Source: an uncultured Candidatus Saccharibacteria bacterium (lineage in GTDB: Bacteria; Patescibacteriota; Minisyncoccia; Phycocordibacterales; Phycocordibacteraceae). From it: 47,988 nt of DNA. The position numbers and the translations under genes were made by a program. The notes under the pieces are model-generated. The model saw nothing but the letters and a program-made list of their open reading frames with translations. It ran no database searches and was not told the DNA's origin. Of this stretch, positions 8,150-13,834 are shown piece after piece (the first letter of the stretch is position 1; each line of letters starts with the position of its first letter). The stretch spans positions 5,674-53,661 of the forward strand of contig CAYOKK010000001.1 of the NCBI GenBank assembly GCA_964404565.1. Direction: 5' to 3'.

Positions 8150-8294
8150 GAAATCAGTATAGCAGTTGAAATGAATGCTCTAAGAGTCACGTTAACAAGA
8201 CATAGTGAGACTCGAGAGCGTTAGTCGGCTCATCGGGATGAGCATTTCAAGATTACGCGACGCTAAACGCAGGAACTGAACCCTGCTAACCTTT

Positions 8295-8822
8295 TTACAA
8301 CAGAATGTAATATCTCAAAGTATTAATCGGACTTCCGCGTTTAATGCGAGATGCTTTTATGACTGCCTCTTCGTTAAAACCGTTCGCCTCAAGCGCTTTT
8401 GCAATTCCCAGATTATCAGCTTCAAACTCCGCAACGATCCTCCTGAGTCCCATAGCATCTTTTGCATACGCGAGAATCGCTCTGATAGATTCTGATGCGA
8501 TTCCCTTTCCCCAATAGTCCTTTTCTCCAATTACGATACTTAACTCGGCAACTCCGTGATGGGCATTGATCTCGTGAAGTGAGATCGTGCCGATAAGTGT
8601 TGAGGTCTCTGTGTATACAATTGACCAGTACGCCGCATCATCTTCCATTAAACACTCCTCAAGGTAACGCTCCTGCTCTTCAACCGTCGTCGGCTCATTC
8701 AGTGGTTCGGGAAGATACTCCTGCACATCAGGGTCAGTATCCCATTTCTGCCACGATTCTATGTCAGCCAGTTCGTTTGGGCGTAACGTAAGTCGTTCAG
8801 TATGAAGAGTTTCTACTTTCAT
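8295..8822 (-). CDS. GNAT family N-acetyltransferase (RimJ/RimL-like)
   Basis: TERLTLRP...D...W..DPDV N-terminus and the acetyl-CoA loop WGKGIASE. Confidence 0.85.
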   Translation of the reverse strand: MKVETLHTERLTLRPNELADIESWQKWDTDPDVQEYLPEPLNEPTTVEEQERYLEECLMEDDAAYWSIVYTETSTLIGTISLHEINAHHGVAELSIVIGEKDYWGKGIASESIRAILAYAKDAMGLRRIVAEFEADNLGIAKALEANGFNEEAVIKASRIKRGSPINTLRYYILL

Positions 8823-8859
8823 TTTTCTAGGTAGGATTCTTTAAAAAAGATTAATAGTT

Positions 8860-8890
8860 GAGGCCGCTATCTAGATAAGATAGCGGCCTC
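8860..8890 (-). terminator. Hairpin terminator after small peptide gene B
   Basis: GAGGCCGCTATCT-AGATA-AGATAGCGGCCTC (13-bp stem). A T-rich tract follows on the minus strand. Confidence 0.65.
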
Positions 8891-8902
8891 GCTCTTCAGT
8901 GG

Positions 8903-8995
8903 TCAGGGAGCGGGGTAGCAACCGCCGGCTTGGTCTCCGCCGCAATTGCCATCGCTATCACCGCCATTACCGCCGCTGGATACGAACTTCAGCAT
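8903..8995 (-). CDS. Small Gly/Asp/Cys-rich peptide B (30 aa): MLKFVSSGGNGGDSDGNCGGDQAGGCYPAP; not on the ORF track
   Basis: GGAGGAG lies 6 nt upstream of the ATG. It has its own TTGACA-17-AATAAT promoter and its own terminator hairpin, and a paralogue sits at 11218-11304. Confidence 0.6.
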   Translation of the reverse strand: MLKFVSSGGNGGDSDGNCGGDQAGGCYPAP

Positions 8996-9059
8996 CGTAA
9001 CTCCTCCTTCCTAGACTTCTCACCGAGCGTCTATTGCACAGCAAGGTTATCCAGTTCTA

Positions 9060-9088
9060 ATTATTGAGGAAAATTGCAATACTGTCAA
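9060..9088 (-). promoter_or_regulatory. Sigma70-like promoter for peptide B (TTGACA-17 nt-AATAAT)
   Basis: -35 at 9088-9083 and -10 at 9065-9060 (minus strand). It lies in the gap after the S9 peptidase stop. Confidence 0.45.
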
Positions 9089-9114
9089 AAATCGTCTAAT
9101 TTACTGAGCAAAAC

Positions 9115-10914
9115 TCAGTCGTTAAATATTTTTTCTAAGAATGCCACTATCTTTGGATATGCATCAAGACGATTCTTGAGCTTAGCAAGACCATGACCTT
9201 CATCAGGATAAATAAGGAGTTCAACTTCCCTGTCGCGCCTCTTAAGTTCTTCTACTATTTGTTTGGCCTCTGAAAGAGGCACCCTCGGATCATTAGCGCC
9301 ATGAACGACTATAAGCGGCGCTATTATATTCTCGACCGAGTTGATTGGAGAGATTTGCTCAAGCAATTCTCTATCATTCTCTAAAGATCCATACTCTGCC
9401 TCACGAATGCTTCGTCGGTATGGAGCAGTGTTCTCGAGAAACGTAACGAAGTTTGCTATACCGACCACATCCACACCCCCAGCCCAGAGCTCTGGATAGA
9501 ATGCAAGTCCTGCGAGTACCATGAATCCACCGTAGCTCCCTCCTGAAAGGACCACTTTCGTACTATCGAACTCTGGAACGGCCCGTATATGACCATGAAG
9601 TGCGACGAGGTCCTTTACAGAATCCATGCGCTTCTCGACGTTATCCAGGGTAAGGTAGGTCTTACCGTACCCAGAGCTCCCGCGCACATTCGGTGCAATG
9701 ACCACATAGCCGTTATAGACAAAATACTGCGTCAGTCGGATGAGGGCTGGTCGGTACTGGGATTCGGGACCGCCGTGTATATCGATAATTACGGGCAGTT
9801 TCTTGTTGATGCCAATATTTTTAGGCTTATATACAAATGCCGGGACAGAAAGTCCATCAAATGAGGTAAAGCGTATCAATTCCGGTTCTACCAGGTCATC
9901 AGAACGGACAGCTTGATAGCTGTGAGTAAGCTGGCGTGAAGTGTGAGATTCGATATTGTACAACCAAATATCTTGTGTGCGAGTTGAGTCCGTGAAAGTA
10001 AATACAAGTCTTTTTCCATCGTTTGAGAAACGTAGCGCTTGTACGAGACCTTTTGTTGGCAGCGCTAATGGCAATTCCGTGAGCGTGTTCGTATCATACA
10101 TACGAACTCTGTCATATCCGTCCTCGTTTATGGTTAGTACGAGATATTTCCCTTCACCATCTATCGCCAAACCGTCAATGTCCCATTCAGGCGTGAGGAC
10201 ATACGCAAAGGACTTTTCCGCCAGATCATACCTTGCCAATCCCATAAACTCCCGTTCACGGTCCATAGGTACAAAGAAGGCCGATTCGTCGGGAAGCCAG
10301 CGAGGAGTACCATGAGTTTCCTCCTTCTCGTGTGGAGTGATGCACTCAATAGCGCCTGTTAGCAAGTTGCAGAGATACAAATCACTATGTACTAGCGAAT
10401 GTTGTTTGGACATAATAAGATACGTATTTTCTGGGGAAAAGGAAGCTGCCACCATTGTTCCTCCCCCATCGTATACGCATCGTCTTTCCTTTGTCTCGAT
10501 TTCCATTACATATATATCGAAGTCCTTTCCGTTGCGTTCGTTCGAACGGAATGCAATATATTTCCCGTCATTAGACCAAGCTCCGAAGTTATATCGATAC
10601 TCAGGATTATCGGTCAGTGGAATTATTTCATTTGTCGATGGAGTAATGAAGAATAGCTGTGAATTCTCATTACCACCTATCGACATCTCGAAGATAATGA
10701 GTTCTTTGGTAGGAGAAAAGATAACGCGGGACACCGAATCGTCATACTGCGTAAGTTGCGTAGACACACCGTTCTCAATATCCAAAAGATATACCTGCGA
10801 AGTGCCCGTATCATTATTTAGATAGCAAATTTGCTTTCCGTCTGGACTAAAGGAAGCGGCTCCAGCGGCTTTAGCTTCAAGGAAATCATTAATACTGTAT
10901 TTTTTAGACTCCAT
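9115..10914 (-). CDS. S9 family serine peptidase (prolyl oligopeptidase / acylaminoacyl-peptidase type) with N-terminal beta-propeller
   Basis: Catalytic Ser in GGSYGG, Asp in HGANDPRV and His in DEGHG. The N-terminal approximately 350 aa are propeller-like. The ATG at 10914 is preceded by an in-frame GTG at 10917. Confidence 0.9.
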   Translation of the reverse strand: MESKKYSINDFLEAKAAGAASFSPDGKQICYLNNDTGTSQVYLLDIENGVSTQLTQYDDSVSRVIFSPTKELIIFEMSIGGNENSQLFFITPSTNEIIPLTDNPEYRYNFGAWSNDGKYIAFRSNERNGKDFDIYVMEIETKERRCVYDGGGTMVAASFSPENTYLIMSKQHSLVHSDLYLCNLLTGAIECITPHEKEETHGTPRWLPDESAFFVPMDREREFMGLARYDLAEKSFAYVLTPEWDIDGLAIDGEGKYLVLTINEDGYDRVRMYDTNTLTELPLALPTKGLVQALRFSNDGKRLVFTFTDSTRTQDIWLYNIESHTSRQLTHSYQAVRSDDLVEPELIRFTSFDGLSVPAFVYKPKNIGINKKLPVIIDIHGGPESQYRPALIRLTQYFVYNGYVVIAPNVRGSSGYGKTYLTLDNVEKRMDSVKDLVALHGHIRAVPEFDSTKVVLSGGSYGGFMVLAGLAFYPELWAGGVDVVGIANFVTFLENTAPYRRSIREAEYGSLENDRELLEQISPINSVENIIAPLIVVHGANDPRVPLSEAKQIVEELKRRDREVELLIYPDEGHGLAKLKNRLDAYPKIVAFLEKIFND

Positions 10915-10960
10915 CACGCAATTATACTAAATCTTATATCAGTATTGAATTAAAAGAAGT

Positions 10961-10986
10961 TGAGCCGAGAACTTAATCTCGGCTCA
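10961..10986 (-). terminator. Hairpin plus T-tract between peptide A and the S9 promoter
   Basis: TGAGCCGAGA-ACTTAA-TCTCGGCTCA, followed on the minus strand by CTTCTTTTAATTC. Confidence 0.5.
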
Positions 10987-11178
10987 GGTCTAGCTCCTGC
11001 CACGGAGCGATAAGATCATCGTATTGGTTCTCTGGCATAACCTCTACAAACTCGCCTTGCGGTGTAAGAGTTGTGTGATTGCTGGAGACCAGCTTATGCG
11101 CACGAATCTCGGGAGAAGAAAGTCGGTTTCGAGACACAATTCAATTCCCTTGTCCGATGTTGGAGTGGTTCTTGATTT

Positions 11179-11207
11179 GGAGCTGCCATCTAGACGATGG
11201 CAGCTCC
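11179..11207 (-). terminator. Hairpin directly after small peptide gene A
   Basis: GGAGCTGCCATC-TAGAC-GATGGCAGCTCC (12-bp perfect stem), 11 nt after the stop. No clear T-tract. Confidence 0.45.
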
Positions 11208-11217
11208 CGATCGAGGA

Positions 11218-11304
11218 TCAGTGACCGCAGGCAATGCCGTCGCCACCGTCACCACAGCCGCCGTCGCCATCGCAACCGCCGCCGCCACGATTGAACATGG
11301 TCAT
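11218..11304 (-). CDS. Small Gly/Asp/Cys-rich peptide A (28 aa): MTMFNRGGGGCDGDGGCGDGGDGIACGH; not on the ORF track
   Basis: AAAGGAG lies 9 nt upstream of the ATG. It has its own TTGACA-17-TATCAT promoter and a downstream hairpin. It resembles peptide B in composition and length. Confidence 0.6.
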   Translation of the reverse strand: MTMFNRGGGGCDGDGGCGDGGDGIACGH

Positions 11305-11367
11305 TGTCAAGTACTCCTTTCTGGTTCTTTCTGTCAGAGTGATTTCCTCCAGGGAACTCCGTGAAGA

Positions 11368-11401
11368 ATGATAGAGGAAGTAAGGTTACTTGTCAAGTAA
11401 C
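11368..11401 (-). promoter_or_regulatory. Promoter for peptide A with a perfect 8-1-8 palindrome over the -35 box
   Basis: -35 TTGACA at 11396-11391 and -10 TATCAT at 11373-11368. The palindrome GTTACTTG-N-CAAGTAAC spans 11385-11401. Confidence 0.45.
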
Positions 11402-11423
11402 GCTTTAATGAGCTACATACTCC

Positions 11424-13217
11424 CTATTCATACAACCCGATATGCAGCTCATACAGCTTCCGATACTCACCATTCGGAATCTTCATGAGCTCGCCGTGGC
11501 TGCCCCGCTCCGCTATCTTCCCGTCCTTCAGGAAGAGGATGGTGTCTGCCTTGCGGACGGTCGAGAGGCGGTGCGCGATGATGAACGTGGTGCGTCCTTT
11601 CATCAGCTTCTCGAGAGATTCCGTGATAAGCCGTTCTGTCCGAGAATCGAGCGCGCTCGTCGGCTCGTCGAGGATGAGGATCTCGGGATCGCGCAGCACC
11701 GCGCGGGCGATTGCGACCCGCTGCTTCTGCCCCACGGAGAGCTTCACGCCGCGCTCGCCGACCAGCGTGTCATATCCCTTCTCAAGCCCTGTTATGTAGT
11801 CATGGATATGCGCCTGACGTGCAGCCTCTTCGACCGCCGTATCGGACGCGTCGAAGGTACCGTACCGAATATTCATGCGAACCGTGTCGTTGAAGAGCGC
11901 GACCTCCTGCGGGACGACGGCGATGCGCGAGCGCAGGTCTACGAGATCCCATCTGCGCGTGTCCACGCCATCGACAGAGACCGAACCATCCGAGGGGAAA
12001 TAGTAGCCGGAAAGAAGCGAGATCATGGTGGATTTTCCGGCACCGGATTCGCCCACGAGCGCGACGACCTCCCCAGGTCGCGTCTGGAAATCGACACCAT
12101 GCAGCACGCCTGTAGCATCGTCCTTGTAGGCGAACGAGACGTCGGAAAATTGTACGGTTCCGTCTGAGCGTTCGGGAGCCTGGGCGTTTTCGGGACGGTA
12201 CGTCTCTTCGGGGATGCGGAAGATTCCTTCTAGATGCGCTGCGGAGGTGAGGCCGTTCTGTATGGTCTGCCAGCTGAAGCCGAGCGCGACGAACGGTCCG
12301 AAGAACATGAGCGCATACCCGTTGAGCGCGACGAGCTCGCCGACAGTGAGAACGCTGCCCGCCACGTACTGGACCGAGATCACGAAAATGGCGAGCTGCG
12401 TCAGGAAGACGATGAGGCGCTGGTAGAAGCTGACGTCGCTCCAGGTACGCTCGAGCTTCATCCAGAGCTCGTACACCTTCCCCATGAAGGTTGTATCGTT
12501 CTTTTTCCTCTCATACTCCTCCGCGGCAGCCTGCTTCACGGACGTCACCTGGTGCACCGCTTCCGCAGCATCGCTCCAGCTCTCCTGCCAGAGCTTGCGC
12601 GCTTCGTTATCCTTCTTAGCCACAGGAATGAGGAGCGGTATGAGCGTGGCGACATATACCAGGACGCCCAGGGCGAGCACGCCGGCGAGGAGCGTGTTGA
12701 TGCTGAGCGCAAGCACGATGCCGATGATGACCGAGAGGAACTGCGGCGTGAGGTTTATGACATTCTGCACGATCATGGATATCTGCCATGACGCGTTACT
12801 TACCTTGTTGAGCTCGCCATTCACGTGCGCATCCGTGTGGTACGAGAGCGGGAGCCGGAGGAAATGATTGAAGCCGCTGGTCTCGACATTGAATTGTATC
12901 TTTGTGTCGAGCATTCGGCGCATGCGGTCCTTCACCCAGTCCGTGCCGTTCGCTACGACCTGGATGAGCGCCCAGGCGGCGAGCAGGATTCCCCAGAGCG
13001 GGAGGCCGGATGCGCTGGCGGGCGTTCCTGCGGATATGCCGATGAGCGCGTCGAAGAAACGGCCGGTCACGTAGGGAACGAGACCGTTCGCGACGGCGGA
13101 TATAAGCCCGAGGATGATGAGCCATACGAGCAGTGCCTTGTGCGGAAGCACGTGCCGCCATACGCCCTGAACGCCTTCCTTGAAGGGTGCTTTCTCTTGT
13201 TCTGGCTCTTCTTGCAT
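11424..13217 (-). CDS. ABC transporter, fused permease/ATPase (type I exporter, MsbA-like half transporter)
   Basis: Six N-terminal TM helices; Walker A GESGAGKST; signature LSVGQKQRVAIARA; Walker B ILILDEPTSALD. No C39 peptidase domain. Confidence 0.9.
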   Translation of the reverse strand: MQEEPEQEKAPFKEGVQGVWRHVLPHKALLVWLIILGLISAVANGLVPYVTGRFFDALIGISAGTPASASGLPLWGILLAAWALIQVVANGTDWVKDRMRRMLDTKIQFNVETSGFNHFLRLPLSYHTDAHVNGELNKVSNASWQISMIVQNVINLTPQFLSVIIGIVLALSINTLLAGVLALGVLVYVATLIPLLIPVAKKDNEARKLWQESWSDAAEAVHQVTSVKQAAAEEYERKKNDTTFMGKVYELWMKLERTWSDVSFYQRLIVFLTQLAIFVISVQYVAGSVLTVGELVALNGYALMFFGPFVALGFSWQTIQNGLTSAAHLEGIFRIPEETYRPENAQAPERSDGTVQFSDVSFAYKDDATGVLHGVDFQTRPGEVVALVGESGAGKSTMISLLSGYYFPSDGSVSVDGVDTRRWDLVDLRSRIAVVPQEVALFNDTVRMNIRYGTFDASDTAVEEAARQAHIHDYITGLEKGYDTLVGERGVKLSVGQKQRVAIARAVLRDPEILILDEPTSALDSRTERLITESLEKLMKGRTTFIIAHRLSTVRKADTILFLKDGKIAERGSHGELMKIPNGEYRKLYELHIGLYE

Positions 13218-13282
13218 AAGACCATTCTACCCCTTCTCCTGTGCACGTACGAATCGCGCGCATCTGGTAGAGTACCTATTAT

Positions 13283-13831
13283 ATGGACCTCGAAGAGCTC
13301 GCCGGGATAGAGCCGGAATCGCCGGAAACGGAACATGCCGTCTATGAGCTCTTCAAGTGGAGCGTCATCCTGAAAGGACTCATCTCGCTTGCCGAGGTGC
13401 TTGCGGCGCTCGTGCTCATCCTCGTGCCGGAGCGGTACGTTATCGCGCTCACGCAAGCCGCTGCTGAATGGATTTCCGCACACGCGGGTACTGCGCCCTT
13501 GGCCGGGCATATCGTGGAAGAGCTCGCCGCCTTCGGCGGCGGCGCGGTGCTCTTCGTCGCCTTCTTCCTCTTTTCGCGCGGGCTTATCAAGTGCGTCCTT
13601 ATTTGGGCGCTCTTGCGCAATATTCTCTGGGCGTATCCTGCCTCGCTCGGGGTCATGGGCGCGCTCGTGCTGTATCAGCTCTACGAGACTTTCCTTACCG
13701 GCTCGGTTTTCATCATTGGCATCACGCTCTTCGACCTGGTCGTCATCTATTTCATATGGCGCGAGTGGCGCATCGTGCTGCGCCATGTAAGAGACAGCGC
13801 ACGAAGCGCGCGGGATACGCGCGCTTCGTAA
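13283..13831 (+). CDS. DUF2127-like membrane protein
   Basis: YELFKWSVILKGLISLAEVL and four hydrophobic helices. It is divergent from the ABC gene. Confidence 0.65.
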   Translation: MDLEELAGIEPESPETEHAVYELFKWSVILKGLISLAEVLAALVLILVPERYVIALTQAAAEWISAHAGTAPLAGHIVEELAAFGGGAVLFVAFFLFSRGLIKCVLIWALLRNILWAYPASLGVMGALVLYQLYETFLTGSVFIIGITLFDLVVIYFIWREWRIVLRHVRDSARSARDTRAS

Positions 13832-13834
13832 GGA

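Noticed and set aside
8150-8294. An imperfect inverted repeat (GAAATGAATGCTC ... GAGCATTTC) and a small hairpin between the GNAT and EamA genes, considered as a possible riboswitch.
   Set aside because: Pairing is short and imperfect and no known riboswitch core motifs were recognised. It is more simply a weak terminator plus the TATACT promoter of the EamA gene.
613-10986. A shared 8-mer GAGCCGAG/CTCGGCTC in the hairpins at 614-637 and 10961-10986, considered as a possible repeated element (REP/MITE-like).
   Set aside because: Only the 8-bp core is shared, arm order and flanks differ, and no further copies were seen in the window. This is most likely coincidence between GC-rich terminator stems.
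10973-11038. A 21-codon minus-strand ORF (MPENQYDDLIAPWQELDLSRD) between mini-gene A and the S9 promoter.
   Set aside because: The only SD-like GAGG is 2 nt from the ATG, the stop lies in the loop of the terminator hairpin, and no paralogue exists. It was kept as unproven rather than called.
11024-11294. The plus-strand ORFs 11024-11224 and 11079-11294.
   Set aside because: They are antisense to mini-gene A and its hairpin. The product is poly-Arg/His from the complement of GGC/GAC repeats.
8903-11304. The mini-peptides as a microcin B17-type (LAP/TOMM) system.
   Set aside because: No cyclodehydratase/YcaO, dehydrogenase or scaffold gene is present in the window, and the peptides lack a leader of useful length. 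The composition similarity alone is insufficient, so the locus is described as non-canonical instead.
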